From contig NC_058369.1 in NCBI RefSeq assembly GCF_018350175.1, positions 6,574,001 through 6,638,000 of the forward strand: 64,000 nt of DNA. The letters run 5' to 3'. Source of the DNA: Felis catus. Its lineage: Eukaryota. Shown here one piece after another: positions 63,700 through 64,000 of the stretch; positions within the stretch are counted from its first letter, which is position 1, and every line of letters begins with the position of its first letter. The notes beneath the pieces are model-generated. The model had not been told where the DNA came from and searched no databases. It was given only the letters and a program-made list of their open reading frames with translations. The position numbers and the translations under genes are program-made.

Positions 63700-64000
63700 G
63701 GGGCTCCTGGGTTGCTCAGTCGGTTAAGCATCTGACTTCGGCTCAGGTCATGATCTCACGGTTTGTGAGTTCGAGCCCCACGTCGGGCTCTGTGCTGAAC
63801 AGCTCGGAGCCTGGAGCCTGCTTCGGATTCTGTGTCTCCCTTTCTCTCTGCCCCTCCCCTGCTTGTGTTCTGTCTCTCAATCTCTGTAAAATAAACACTT
63901 AAAAAAATAGCTAAAACAGGGGCACCTGGGTAGCTCAGAAGGTTGCGTGTCCTTGGCTCAAGTCACGATCTCACAGTTCTGTGAGTTCCAGCCCCGCGTT
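63700..64000 (+). mobile_element. Two tandem CanSINEs (second runs off the window)
   Basis: SINE bodies at 63700-63908 and from 63918; agctaaaaca precedes each. Confidence 0.92.

Overview
Mammalian genomic DNA, almost certainly felid (many tRNA-derived CanSINEs of the cat SINEC_Fc type, plus carnivore/felid L1s). It is not prokaryotic and contains no CRISPR or operon. The only intact gene segment is the 3' part of the KRAB zinc-finger gene ZNF558 on the minus strand: KRAB-B exon, linker exon and nine-finger exon (the KRAB-A exon lies beyond base 64000). Most of the window is nested retroelements. These include a complete but defective class II (betaretrovirus-like) provirus at 9045-18353 (minus strand; LTR-gag-dUTPase/pro-pol-env-LTR; 6-bp TSD) with a tRNA-Trp primer site, a candidate Rec/Rej-like spliced accessory ORF and an unrelated solo LTR nested in pol. 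There are also three near-full-length L1s that share disabling mutations, older L1s, MaLR LTRs, L2/MIR/MER20 and about 20 SINEs. Pseudogenes: a vomeronasal type-2 receptor exon relic and a processed SLC25A5 copy. Notable non-coding structures: a CpG island that appears to be an L2+MIR pair shifted to GC, a degenerate ~48-bp tandem array ~8 kb downstream of ZNF558, and fossil zinc fingers in the ZNF558 3'UTR. All family assignments are by eye from remembered consensus sequences; no searches were run.
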